The notes below the pieces were generated by a model, which was not told where the DNA came from, ran no database searches, and was given only the letters and a program-made list of their open reading frames with translations. Source: Eledone cirrhosa (taxonomy: Eukaryota). Taken from it: a DNA stretch of 64,000 bases. Shown in pieces: positions 14,101 through 27,705 of this stretch. Each line of letters starts with the position of its first letter. The stretch's first letter is position 1. The translations under genes and the position numbers were made by a program. The stretch is taken from the NCBI GenBank assembly GCA_964016885.1, contig OZ024743.1:308140001-308204000 (forward strand), in the 5' to 3' direction.

Positions 14101-14933
14101 TAATGTGCAATTAAAGTACACTTAAGCTTTTAAGCTGTGAGGTTACGGCTTTTCAAGAGAACCCCCCCCCCCTCCCCTCCGCCGAAGTAAGGAAAAAATT
14201 CCTCGAACTGATCGTTACCAGTGAAATTTTCGAAAAAGAAAATTATCACGTGGTTTTATGGTCAACCAGAAGGATAGTAAAGTGGGGAGGGGGGACTATT
14301 CGCAAGTAACAGAGTTGCTAGAAGAAGCAGCCTATTTCTGCCTAAGTTTAGTATATTTAATTGCTTCTCTGAGTTGATAATTTATTAATATACTTTATCC
14401 TTTCATTCAGATATCTAAGTATCAGAAACAGATAACTTTTTAAATTGATATTAACTACTCCTTCATTGTAGAGTAGATTTTAAATGATTTGGCTGGTTTT
14501 TCCAGCGTCACTAAAAGCCCGTGGTATTGTCGTGTGATATATTCATAGTGGTATTAAGTGTGATATATTCATAGAGTAATTCAAGGACACAATGCGTCAG
14601 ACACCATGCGATTCGGCAAAGACATGGTATGTATGCTTTATTTTCAATATCTCTTATTCCAAAGAATTTTCCTCCTGAAGACGGAATTGTAATACTTCCA
14701 GTATTGGTTCTTCCAATGTTTTGAAATGATCAATATTGTTTCTTGAATTGGGGAACTATACAAGTACAACTGACTTATTTTAGTCAGTCTAGTGGTAAGA
14801 AACTCTCAGACAGCTGGACAGCAGAAGGTCTTCAGGGAAGAAACTCCCCTCAAGCGAGTTATATATATATATATATATATATATTATTCAAAATATTAAC
14901 AAATGAAGATATTCACATAATCAAAATATATGC

Positions 14934-14993
14934 TTTATTATATATATTTCGGAGGTACTGTGTTGTTTTTGCAGTACGTCCTCATCAGATAAA
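14934..14993 (-). ncRNA. Type I hammerhead ribozyme, intact core
   Basis: TTTAT-CTGATGA-GGAcGTACTG-loop-CAGTACcTCC-GAAA-TATATA-TA-ATAAA. Confidence 0.8.
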
Positions 14994-15009
14994 ATATATG
15001 ATTTGATAT

Positions 15010-15720
15010 ATATATCCAACCATCTTGCTCGGGGTCTACCCCTCGATTCCTGGGGTTTTTCCCGTAAAATCTGTCCAGCGATTCTTTTTTGAGACATTCT
15101 AACCACATGCCCATAGTATCGGAGCTGTGATCTCTCAATTCGGAGAAGTAGCGGCTCTACCTGGAGTGACTCCCTGATCTCCGAGCTACGTACTCTATCG
15201 AGTAACGTTACTCGAAAGACCCTTCGGAGGAACCCCATTTTGGCCGTTTGTATTTGCGATCATATTCTTTGATCATTATCCAACATTCCTGACCATAGGT
15301 GAGGGTGGGCCCGAATACCGAATTGAAGATAGTGAGTTTGGCTTTTACACCTACTTCCCTTCTTCTGGATACTGAATGTTAAAGCTGGTGCATTCCTGCA
15401 CTAGCTCCTGCAATTCTTGCACTTAATTCAGCCTCCTACCTTCCATCATTCGAGAACACGGCCTCGAGATACTTGAACTTTTCTACCTGGTTCAGTGGAA
15501 CTCCATATAGAGTGCACTGTGCAGGCTTCCTTGAGAGGATGAGTGTCTCAGTTTTCGTAGCACTGATTCTCATTGCAACTATGTAGCATTCTGCATCAAA
15601 CCTATCAAGCCCGGCTGCGCATGTTAATCATGTTCATGTAAATAATGAACAGAAGATGTGACAGTACGCACCCTTGGCGGAGTCCACATTGAATAGTTAC
15701 CATTTAGCACCATTTATCTG
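15010..15720 (-). mobile_element. RTE-clade LINE 3' fragment
   Basis: MGFLRRVFRVTLLDRVRSSEIRESLQVEPLLLRIERSQLRYYGHVVRM...RGRPRARW. Related copies at 28710-28925 (+) and 47770-48160 (-). Confidence 0.85.
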
Positions 15721-15887
15721 ATCACAAATACTCGGGCAGCAATTATATTTTAGAAACCTGTATAAGCATGCTACATTTTAGGGGAATCTCGCCTTCACAT
15801 CACGTCCTTTTAATGAGGAACATATATATGTTAGTTGCACTAAAACACACCAGACTGACCGTATGTTTATAATGTGACCAAGAATTA

Positions 15888-16031
15888 CCGTATTTCCCTG
15901 CGTTGAAGACGCTTCATTTTCCCTAAAATAAGTCTCAAAAATCTACCATGTGTCCTGGAGGCCGAAGGTTGTTTATTATTTTTTTTCAAATTTTTGGTTG
16001 TCAAAATTAGGGTGCGTACTGGGAAATAGGG
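15888..16031. mobile_element. Tc1/mariner-pogo type MITE
   Basis: TA|CCGTATTTCCC ... GGGAAATAGGG|TA. Confidence 0.6.
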
Positions 16032-17499
16032 TACTTTTACTTAAAGGCAAACATGTTTTATCTCATTTTAAAATATATTACTGAAACAAGAGACAATAAA
16101 CTTAGTTCCGGAAGTATTTTATATGGTGATTATCTTAATATATAAAAAATAAAAAAAAACATTTCTGTGGGTTTGCGAGTTATTCTTTTTTCTTTTATTC
16201 CTTGTACTGATTTCAGTCATTAAACTGTTGTCATGCTGGAGCACTGTCATCAATGTATTTTTTACTTGAATCGATCTTTTTTGTCGAGCTGTTAAGTAAC
16301 GCTAAGTAAAGAAACAGTAAACGTAAACATGGATACAGCTATCTCAGTAGTGGTGAGAATGCTAGGCAATTATTTCTGGATTTTTATCCGTCATCAGTGA
16401 CATTTACTCTCTCGCTGCTGGACCTGTATTTTTTTCTCGACTTTGAAAGGATGAAAAGCAAAGTTGACATCGGTGAAATTTGAACTCGGCGTACAGAGAG
16501 TTTGAACAAATACCGACGTTCTAATGACTCTGCTAATTCGCTGCCTAATAAAGATATAGGATAAGAAAATTCTTGTCATTGATTTTATTTTAATGTGTTT
16601 TTGTGCAGCAGTTACTAAAAGCGATGTCTCCAACTAGATATAGGAACAATAAGAAACTGTTGGAAGTCATTTGATATTTCTAAACAGTGTGCCACGTCAC
16701 ATTTATGTGCCGCGAGATGTAACTGGAATGCCTTAGATCAGAGCTGATAGGGTGGGGCGGTAATCAACAACAACAGTCATTTGAGAAGTGAGAATGTATC
16801 ACTTTGACCAGTTTTATTCTAAGATAACGAAGTAAAGAGAAATACAAGTTGAACTCTTTTTTTTATCTTATCACATTAACAAAAGATCATGTATTATTAG
16901 AACGATCTACCAGTGATAAATGTTATAATTACCCATATTGTTCTACAAATTGTCTCTGTACGACAAATAAACAAAGTCAACTGTTGCTAATTATTTCATC
17001 CCACTCCTAACACCCAACCTCACTTCACCTTTTCTTTTCTACATCACTAACACCGACATAAAAGCTATGTTTTACTATTCATCACTTTGGTATTTCATTA
17101 CTATATTTCTATCGAAAGATACTGCGAGGTTTTCAGATAATTCTGAAATTATTTAAAAATTTGAAAGGATTTTGTAATATAATATTTTCATCGTTAAACT
17201 GTCGTTTGGAGCACAACTTATCAAAGTTTCTTAGATAAATTTACGATGGAAGGTTTATAAACACTTTTTTTAAAAAAGGGTTTGTATCATAGAACCAGAG
17301 ATTTTTTCAGGCGGTTTGGTATGAAATGCGTTGAATGCCAGTATTATTTCAGTCACTATAAAGAAACGATCCGACTGTCAGATTAGTCTTTCCATTGCTG
17401 ATGTTTACCATCTGCCAGTTGCAATTCCTAGCAGAAACGTCACCACTTTCCAGTTACAGAAGGGTGGGATTTGAACACAGAGTTTCTACAGGTGCCCTA

Positions 17500-17840
17500 G
17501 TTGTCTCTATATTCCACTAATTCACAGTACAGAGTTACTACAGCTACCACACAATACCAGAGTCATCCCTTTATTCCACTAATCCACAGTACAAAGTTAA
17601 TAAAGATACCACGAGGTACCCTGGCCTCCTCTATATTCCACTAATCCACAGTACAGAGTTACTACAGCAACCATAAAGTACACTGGTCGTCTCTATATTT
17701 CACTAAACCACAGTACAGTGTTACTACAGCTATCTCAAAGTACCATAATCGTCTCTTTATCCCACTAAACCACAGTACAGAGTTAGTACAGCTACCACAA
17801 AGTACCCAGGCTGTCTCTTTATTCCATTAATCCACTGCTC
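17500..17840. repeat. About 63-bp minisatellite, 5-6 units
   Basis: Repeated TATTCCACTAATCCACAGTACAGAGTTACTACAGCTACC. Confidence 0.85.
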
Positions 17841-18813
17841 CAGAATATATTTTATTTTATTTATCTACATCGGAAGAAACATTTACTAAGTGTTTACACT
17901 AAAATAATGATGCTATCTTTAGACCAACGAACTCCAAACGGATTGATATTGACCCTTAGAGGTCATACTCCTGTCTAGGTGGACGACTGAACTTTTAGGC
18001 CAAACCCTGGCATTTGTATAAGGAATGAAAATACATAAAATACTATAATAAAAATACATGATTAGACATGTTTCAGATTTATATATAATTAGTCTTTATT
18101 GTTTATTTTATATTCTGTTTACTGGGTTATTTATTTACATATTTATTTTTGTACATTCCTGGGGTTAATGAGGTATAAGGGATTCCATGCAGAGGTCGAC
18201 GGTCAAAAGTGTTTAAGGATTCCTGCTTCAGACATCATTGTTAACCATGCTACAAACGCTAAGCTGTGATTCTGCATGAATGCCTAAGATACAACCATAG
18301 AAATTATTGCAAATAACAAATCGGATTTGTTATTTGAATTAATTTATAAATCCTAAATTTTTATGAGAAATAAATAAGAAAAGGGTACACATATGCTTCA
18401 ATTATAAGGATTTGATTTTCTAAATATATCAATCTATCCTTATATTTTACACGATCAACCGTTAAAATACTATAATAACAATACATGATTAGACATGTTT
18501 CAGATTTATATATAATTAGTCTTTATTGTTTTTTTTATATTCTGTTTACTGGTTTATTTATTTACATATTTATTTTTGTACATTCCTGGGGTTAATGAGG
18601 GATTTTTGCCGCATCCTTCTTCATTTCAAGCGTTAAACTAATATATTTCTTCCATGTACTGTGACGTGGAATCCGGTATGCATGGGCGACTGCCGGTCTT
18701 CCACAAACAACATTACCCATAAGCTTATGCCTCAGAGGGGAAGTTTCTAGATGCAAAGCCCATGGTCATTCGTAACCGAAGGGGGTCTTTACCCTTCAAT
18801 ATATGCGTATAAT

Positions 18814-18850
<37 letters not shown>

Positions 18851-19013
18851 GTAACACGCAATAAATTAATTCCAGATGCATCACTGATTTTTCGTTTTCT
18901 TTATACTATCTACACTCTACTCTGCTGAATATCGAGTGCTAATTTTGGCATACCGCCTATGGAAGCACCATAGCTACCATTATACACAACTATATATATA
19001 TATATATATCTAT

Positions 19014-19562
19014 CTAAGGCGGGTAAAATTCCCGAGATCCATGGACGAGTTCTCTCCAGCGGTCTCTGTCCCTCATTATCGCTGCCATGTCCTGCGTCTC
19101 CAACAGACCAGTGTCTGTCCTTAGGGCATCAACATACGTTAACCTTGGTCTTCCTCTTCTAGTGTGTCCATGTAGGGGCTCCCAAAGGAGCACTGAGTGC
19201 AATGTCAACTCTGGATGTCGGTGAGCATGTCCAGCTAACCTCAATCTCCTCTGTGTCACTTTTGAGCTGACTTTTGGGATGCTCCCATACAGCTAGAGTT
19301 TTTCATCCTCAGTGTAGCAAAGATTGGGAATACGGAAGATGATGTGGTTGAGAGGAAGAGCAAGGCCTGGGCGGCGTGCCACAGCTTGAGATCGGTATGG
19401 AAGTCGGACCTTCGTAGAGACCTGAAAACCCGCCTCTTCATTACTGTAGTGGAGTCTGTGCTGCTGTATGGGTCTGAGACTTGGACACTGACCAAGAAAC
19501 TCACTAAGATGGTGGATGGGTGCTACACGAGAATGCTGAGGATGGCTCTGAACATTAATCAG
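19014..19562 (-). mobile_element. RTE-like LINE 3' end with 5' inversion
   Basis: The minus ORF RRLRLAGH...RGRPRLTYVD and the plus ORF KAWAACH...VESVLLYGSETWTL...RMALNI are consecutive parts of one protein in opposite orientation. Confidence 0.85.
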
Positions 19563-19598
<36 letters not shown>

Positions 19599-19599
19599 T

Positions 19600-20436
19600 A
19601 ATTTAATATATCTACTAACATAAGCGCACAGATGTACGCTAATGCCAGCAAATACACAGGTTATGTCATAGTACCTAGGTGGTTCAATGCAGGAGGATGC
19701 AGAACAATAATATAAAAGACGTAAAATAAGAACATTTTTTAAAAAAATTAAAAAAAAATTAACTTACTTACTTAAATTTTCACTCCAACTAATTAGTTTC
19801 TGCAATGGGATAAAGACAGTTACGTAATGAACTGTTGAGAATTTCATTGCGTCATCAGGGAGATCATTCTCAGCCAAGTCTCCAGGCAATGCGCGGACAC
19901 TGGGGACTCATATAAAAATAATAATAATTCGGTAAATGGAACAGCTATCGAGGACTGGATTCCAGGTACTGAAAATTCTCACTGCCACTGGTCATATGGC
20001 CGATTCTAAAGAATCAATCACGTGACACAGAGGCTAGTCAGTAGGAATGGGATGGTAAGATGACAGACGCCTACTAACACCCCAAAAAAATTTAGAAGTG
20101 GTTTTGGCAGGTTTGCTCGACAAATCAGTGATTTGGAGATATCCCATTGCAGAAACTAATTAGTTGGAGTGAAAATTTAAGTAAGTTAATTTTTATTTTT
20201 ATTTTTATTTTTAATTTTCTTACTTTACGTCTTTTATATTATTGTTCTGCATCCTCCTGCATTGAACCACCTAGGTACTATGACATAACCTGTGTATTTG
20301 CTGGCATTAGCGTACATCTGTGCGCTTATGTTAGTAGATATATTAAATTATCTATATTTATCTCCAAATCACTGATTTGTCGAGCAAACCTGCCAAAACC
20401 ACTTCTAAATTTTTTGGGGGTGTTAGTAGGCGTCTG
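19600..20436. repeat. Interleaved double inverted repeat A..B A' B'
   Basis: 19600-19812 is the reverse complement of 20140-20350, and 20064-20140 of 20359-20436. A decayed HHR lies at about 19815-19860 (-). Confidence 0.85.
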
Positions 20437-20516
20437 AATATGACGAAATGAATACCGTAAAGGATTCTAATGACTGCCAATTCACCACTTGTCTCTGTCT
20501 TTATATGTGATTAACT

Positions 20517-20556
<40 letters not shown>

Positions 20557-20592
20557 TAACATATATATATATAATATACTGTATATATATAT

Positions 20593-20680
<88 letters not shown>

Positions 20681-20709
20681 TATATATAATATATATATAA
20701 TATATATAT

Positions 20710-20822
<113 letters not shown>

Positions 20823-20977
20823 TTAGAGCTCTGAAATAGCAATATATATATGGATGTATATATAATGTATTTTGCAATACACTTTATGCTTAATTAAAAG
20901 CATTTTGAAGACCGTATGCTATTGTTTTAGAGTAGTGACAAATTCACTTACTTTAATCTCAGCAAACAGGGGAGATA

Positions 20978-21023
20978 AGCCGACAAGGGCCTTGTTTCGC
21001 TTTTGTTGAAGCGTATCAAGGCT
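20978..21023 (-). ncRNA. Hammerhead ribozyme, U3-A8 core variant (A9C)
   Basis: AGCC-TTGATAC-GCTT-CAACAA-AAGC-GAAA-CAAGG-C-CCTTG-TC-GGCT. Confidence 0.65.
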
Positions 21024-21296
21024 AACTACCCCTCCTGTCTACTGAGATTACTGATGTTATATTCTTATAGAATTCTAGTAAATAATCAGGAGCTGATTAT
21101 ACAGAGCGATTGTTGGTCAGGCAGAAATTAAAAATTAGAATTGGAGCTCTGAAATAGCAATATATATATGGATGTATATATAATGTATTTTGCAATACAC
21201 TTTATGCTTAATTAAAAGCATTTTGAAGACCTGATTATTTACTAGAATTCTATAAGAATATAACATCAGTAATCTCAGTAGACAGGAGGGGTAGTT

Positions 21297-21342
21297 AGCC
21301 TTGATAAGCTTCAACAAAAGTGAAACAAGGCCCTTGTCGGCT
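21297..21342 (+). ncRNA. Hammerhead ribozyme, U3-A8 core variant
   Basis: AGCC-TTGATAA-GCTT-CAACAA-AAGT-GAAA-CAAGG-C-CCTTG-TC-GGCT. Confidence 0.75.
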
Positions 21343-21497
21343 TATCTCCCCTGTTTGCTGAGATTAAAGTGAGTGAATTTGTCACTACTTTAAAACAATA
21401 GCTTACGGTCTTCAAAATGCTTTTAATTAAGCATAAAGTGTATTGCAAAATACATTATATATACATCCATATATATATTGCTATTTCAGAGCTCTAA

Positions 21498-21600
<103 letters not shown>

Positions 21601-21668
21601 ATATATATATTATATATATATTATATATATATATTATATATATATACAGTATATTATATATATATATG

Positions 21669-21725
<57 letters not shown>

Positions 21726-22798
21726 AGTTAATCACATATAAAGACAGAGACAAGTGGTGAATTGGCAGTCATTAGAATCCTTTACGGTATTCATTTCGGC
21801 TCTCTGCACCCTGAGCTCAAATCCCGCCGAGGTCAACTTTACCTTTCATCCTTTCGAGGTCGATAAAAAAAGTACCAGTTTAGTTCTTGTGTGGATTATT
21901 CCACTATATCTCTTTCTCACTTCCAATCTCTCTCTTTTTCTCTGGAAGAAATCGGTTGTGTTCAGACTTGGAGAAGAGATCGGCTCCGCCAGGTTAAACA
22001 AATGCCCAAGAAACGCATTATGTTACTTCAGCGCCCTCTATGACTTTCTCGGGAGTTCATACACACCAAGACAGAGACGAACAGATAGGTAAACAAAAAG
22101 ACTGACAGAAAGGTAAAATTCCTTTGGTTATCAACTGATGATATTTTTAGCTCTCATTTCTGATAAATAATCTACTCTTCACTATATGTGTGTGTGAGTG
22201 TGTGCATGTGTGTGTGTGCGATTGTGTGTGTGTTCGTGCGTTTACAAAAAAAATCTCTATACATTGACTGATTACAAAGAGCATTATTTCAAGTGGTAAG
22301 GAATACAAGTCTGAACTAGTTAGATTATCATAGAAGAGTGAGAGAGGGGGAGAAAGTAAGTGTATGTGCGAGAGAGAGAGAGAGAGATGGAAGGATAGGT
22401 GTATGAATGTGGGAGAGAGAGATGACTTATAGATAGATATAGATATAGGATGTAGTATTGTAGGTGTAATCAAGTGTTATCATTGGACAACAAAACTGTT
22501 TACTTAACTATACATACACACACACACATTCACACAGACACACTGAGACACACACAACACCCCCCCACACACTCACATACACACACACACTCAAACTTAC
22601 AAGCAATCGAACGAAAACAAAGATATGCACATACACTCACATGTATGCACAGAAATATATATATCTTATATCTTACACTCATACACATGCACCTATATAT
22701 AAAATATTCATATCTCGTATGTGTGTACAGTGCACACCTGTACAGGTATGTATGTATATATATATATATATATATATATACATGTGTGTGTGTGTGTG

Positions 22799-22985
22799 TC
22801 CCGGTTGCAATCGGGGGTAACCACAGTAAGTAAGGTACTGAATACATAGCAGAGTATAGATGTTTAATCTACAAATGGTTACCTCCGATTGAAACCGGGA
22901 CAAACACACACAGGAAAACCCTGATGATCAAGAAAACCCTGATGATTTCCTTCGAATGAAACAGTTCTAGTCCTGTAGAAGCCCT
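22799..22985. repeat. PLE-end-like fragment with 25-bp inverted repeat and decayed HHR (22939-22978 +)
   Basis: 22799-22823 pairs with about 22875-22899. Motif CTGATGA-TTTC-CTTC-GAAT-GAAA-CAG...CTG-TA. Confidence 0.5.
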
Positions 22986-23199
22986 TTATATATATATATA
23001 TATTTCAATCATTGTTGTACGTCAGTGAGACGTGGCCTATGCTTGCTCACCACACCACCTATGCGAATTAGAAGCCTTCCATTAACTCCCTTTGCGCAAG
23101 ATACTTAAGATAAAATGGTGGCACAAGAGAACAAATACAGAGGTTCTATTTCATGCAAAGACAACTACAGTTGAAACAATGATCCGGAACAACCGTCTC

Positions 23200-23460
23200 T
23201 GATGAATGGAAGATAGTCACATTCCAACGCAGCTCCAGTTTGGTGAATTAGCAAGAGAAGTAGAGATCGCCTACGAAAGCGCGAGAACGACTGCATTAAA
23301 GGAGATCTAAACCTCTTCAGCTTCAACTTCTCACATGGCATGATCTGGCTGCAGACCGTAGTGCCTGGTGGAAGCGGACGAAGCATGGCTGCATTCTTTC
23401 AGAAGCGTCACTTGACCAGCGAGCAGAAAGGCGCCGAAGACGACATCATAATGAGAATCC
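23200..23460 (+). mobile_element. RTE-type LINE C-terminal fragment
   Basis: MEDSHIPTQLQFGEL...DCIKGDL...WHDLAADRSAW. Confidence 0.65.
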
Positions 23461-23508
23461 TCATTGTCAATAATGACGGGCACGAGAATAAAAAATAAAA
23501 AATAAAAT

Positions 23509-23554
<46 letters not shown>

Positions 23555-23753
23555 GTATATATGTGTATATATCATGCCACCTTGATTATACCGGTTAAAC
23601 TATGATTGTCAGAAAATGCCGTGTATGGGTATTTAGTCAGTAACAGCTTGCACATCACTGCAAAAACTCTCAACTGCAAGACCAAGTGATCAAGCAAGTG
23701 TAAGTCCTCTGGCTCGGTAAAGAGTGTTATTTCAGAGTAGCCTTCTCCTAGAC

Positions 23754-26700
23754 CAGGGGTCGGCAACCCCCAGCCCGCGGGCCACATCCGGCCCTCGAGT
23801 GATTTTTGTCCGGCCCGCCATCTTACACTGGACACTAATTATCTAATTAGTATCGAAAACAGATACAGTAGTTCACTTCAAGGTTGTGCCGACCTGATGC
23901 CCATCACAAATCGCTGCTCATACCGTATATATTTACAGATACTTTTGTAACCTTTTCCTCTTATCCATCTTTTTCTGGGATTCCGCCAAGCATTATATCA
24001 CCTGTATTATTATTTCCTGTGATTTCATGTATGTGGTTTTGTTCCAGTCAACAAACACAAATGTTGGCTGGAAGTATGCTTTTTCGTCAGCGACTGGAAG
24101 GTATACTACCTTACGGTTCGTATCACTCGCTTTTAAACCCATATTGTCATTCAATAAAATCACTCGTGAATTATTGTCGTCTTCGTTTGCCTGACCTTAC
24201 CTGTGCCCCCGGCACAAGGTAAAGCTGTCCTTGGAAAAATTACTTCGTTCCCTCCTCCCCAAAGTATTTTCATTTGAGTTTGTTGTCTGGTGGTATAACA
24301 ACTATACAGTAGGTATCTTTATTCGATAATAATGTTTATTTAATTATTTGTGATAAATTGTGTGAATTATTATTATTAGAATTAGGCCAAAAGTGGTTTA
24401 AAAAAACAAGTGGCAACCCTACTCTAACAACATCGTTAGAAACCTTGTTTTATATAATTTATTCACAATTATCATATTTTATCGCATTACTGTATTTGCA
24501 TTTATATTTGTTTTCATTGTTTCTTATTTCTTCATTCTGATTATTATACTTTTTGTTCTTTTTCCTTTCCATAAATCTTTTTTGTTAGGACAAAAACAAG
24601 CCCATGGAAGCTAAGAAAAGAAAAGTGGATTTGGAGTGCCGAACTTTTAACGATGGCTGGACACTTAGCTATTTTTTCATTGAGCACTTCGGAAAATGTG
24701 TTTGCTTAATTTGTCAAGAAACCATTGCCGTGAAGAAAGTTTCAAATATTAAACGGCACTATGAAACTCGTCATAATCATTACAACAGTTTTACTGGAAA
24801 AGCACGAGTAAACGAAGTTACACGGCTGAGAAATAATGTAACAAAGCAATCATCCTTTTTCACTAGAAAAGTTGAAGAAAGTGACCGAAACACTCGTGCT
24901 AGCTACGAGGTGTCAAATCTAATTGCAGATGGAAATTTCTTCAAAGAATTATTGTTGAAGGTAGCAGATGTTGCTTGTCCAGAAAAAAAGGGAATTATTT
25001 TCTGCGATCAGCTTATCGGCAAGAACAGTAACAAGGCGAATTGAAGAGCTGGCAGCAAATGTCAGAAGTGGCTTGGAGGGCATTTTAAATAATCTGGAAT
25101 ATTATTCCATTGCTATCGATGAATCCACTGATATGACGGATACTTGTCAACTTGCAGTGTTTGTGAGGAGTGTAACACCAACATTTGATATTGTGGAAGA
25201 ATTTGTACAATTGATTCCTATGAAGGACACTAGCACTGGAGCAGATATTTTGGAAAGCATAATAAAATGGATTACCGAAATGAATCTGGATTTATCAAAG
25301 CTTTCTGGAGTAATCACAGATGGAGCGCCAGCAATGGTTGGAGAGAAAAAGGGGTTTGTTGCATTGCTCCAAAACCACATCGGTATTGATTAAAAACTAA
25401 TCAAACTTCATTGCATTATTCATCAAGAAGCATTATGTGCAAAGTCACTGAATTTTAAGGACATCATGGCAGTGGTCGTGAAAACAATGAATTTTATACT
25501 GTCAAGAAGACTAAATTACCGCCAGTTTCAAGAATTTCTAAAACAAATTGAAGCAGAGTATGGCGACCTTACATATTTTTCAAATGTTCGATGGCTTAGC
25601 CGCGGAAAAATGATAGAACGAGTATATGCATTGAGAGAAGAGATTTCTGTTTTTAGAGAGCAAAGACCAAGATAATTCTTACTATCAGGATCCACAGTGA
25701 GTTGTCAAGTTAGCTTTTTTAGTGGACATCACGACCCGCTCATGAACACTTTGAATCTTGAGCTTCAAGGAAAGAACAAGGTTGTATTTGAGATGTTTGG
25801 TCAAATTACTGCTTTTGAGAGAAAACTTCGACTGTGGGAATCACAACTTCAAAAAGGAAACTACTCTCATTTCCCAAGTCTCCAAAATCACAAGAGAGAT
25901 ATAATACCAGACATCTTTGTGAGCTCTATTAAGGATTTGAGAAGCGAGTTTTCCTCTCGTTTTGGTGACTTCCGGCAATATGGAACTCTATTTAAGTTAT
26001 TTGGTACTCCTTACGAAACAGAAGAATATCAGTTGGAGTTAATTGACTTACAGTGCAACGAATCTTTGAAATCGAAATTTCAGTTCGAATCCACTGCTGA
26101 CTTCTACAAGAAATATATATTGCCAAACAGAAAATATAAAAATATCTTGACTAATGCGAAACTGATGATATCATTATTTGGAAGTACATATACTTGTGAA
26201 CAACTTTTTTCCAAAATGAAATATACTAAAATTCATTTAAGAACAAGGTTGCGTGACGACCACCTGGATGATGTTTTGCTCCTGTCATCGACAAATATTT
26301 CAACTGATGTGGAGGAGTTATCGCATAATAAGCAGAAACAAGTGTCTCATTAAATCATTTACTATTTCTAACTGTATTTCGTTTGTAGCAAGGAATTTGC
26401 TTTTTTTTTTGTTGATTGTGATAGTAGTTGTTTTTCTGTTATTCCTGCAGTAAAATAAGGAATTTGCTTTTTTTTTTTGTTAAATGTGTTTGTAGTTTTT
26501 TTTTTCTTTTTTTTTTTGTTATTCCTGCAGTAAAATAAGGAATTTTCTTTTTTTTTGTTAAATGTGTTTGTAGTTTCTTTCTTCTTTTTTTTTGTTATTC
26601 CTGCAGTAAAATAAGGGGCCTTGTTAAAATAAAATTATATTAAATTCCTTGTTTTGCTTTAAACCTCCAGAAAATTTATTTACATATTTAATAACATGGC

Positions 26701-26761
26701 CCTCCTCCATGAGACTGCATAGCTGTTTGGCCCTCTCTCTCCAAAAGGTTGCCGACCCCTG
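23754..26761 (+). mobile_element. hAT DNA transposon (Buster/SPIN-Charlie group), near full length
   Basis: Perfect 15-bp TIRs CAGGGGTCGGCAACC / GGTTGCCGACCCCTG, 8-bp TSD TCCTAGAC / TCCTAGAA with central TA, and a transposase inside. Confidence 0.95.
24604..26353 (+). pseudogene. Disrupted hAT transposase (GTF2IRD2/EPM2AIP1-like family)
   Basis: Zn finger CLIC..NIKRHYETRH, SIAIDESTD, ITDGAPAMVG, HCIIHQE, VRWLSRG and FGSTYTCEQLFSKMK. Split into 4 ORFs by frameshifts and stops. Confidence 0.92.
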
Positions 26762-27705
26762 TCCTAGAAATTTGCTTCTACAGAAACATGAGGAATATCA
26801 CTCCCACAGACGTACTGTTTGCTGGTGTGTCATACCCAGTATTTCCTGGTTTCGGCCTGATGGGTTTGATTTCGGAATATTCCTTCTCCTAGATAGACTA
26901 CTTCTACTACAGCTAAAAGGTTTCATCTACCCCCAGTGCCATAGACACAGTATCAGGCTCTTGAAATCAGACTAATCCTTCTCCTAGACAAATTGCCACC
27001 CAAGGTTGATAAGTTGTATCTATCTAAAGCAACTGGTAGTCACTCACATTTACCCCTTCACCTTCTCAGTTCCAAACAGCTGCACCGCGGGAAGGCCAAG
27101 GGCTGGGTTTCTGTTGTTAGAGGGTATATGAGACGCAATCCGTTTGGGTCATTTGGTAGAGAGTAGATTCTCAGATTTACTTCCATCCGGCAATGAAAAC
27201 ATTAGGAGACCTGCATACATACATACATACATACATACATACATACATACATACATACATACATACATACATACATACATACATACATACATACATACAT
27301 ACATACACACACATATATATATACATTTATAGAGTTACATTAACATGGAAAACAAAATTCCCCCCACCAAAAATGAAAGGAAAGTCATGTAAAATATTTA
27401 AGTTTTTATTTACATGTGTGTTCGTTCAGGCATATGTAGTTGTTCATCTTTCATAATATAAAACATCAGATTTCATATCTTTTTTATGAGCACATTTTCT
27501 TTTAATTTTCGTTAGAGAAGTTGAAAGAAACAGTTACATTAGTGCCTTAGTTTCCACTAAAGACAGACGCTATTGACTTTGTTGTGTTGTTGTTTTCTGT
27601 TTCTTGTTTAAACTTTGGAAGTAAACGGAATATGTCTGTCTATAGTATGCTTGCGTGCGTAGATGTGAATAAATATGTGTAAGCATGCTTCTGCAGTATA
27701 CATGT

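Noticed and set aside
24604-26353. Domesticated GTF2IRD2/EPM2AIP1-like host gene
   Set aside because: Intact TIRs and TSD plus frameshifts indicate a decaying transposon.
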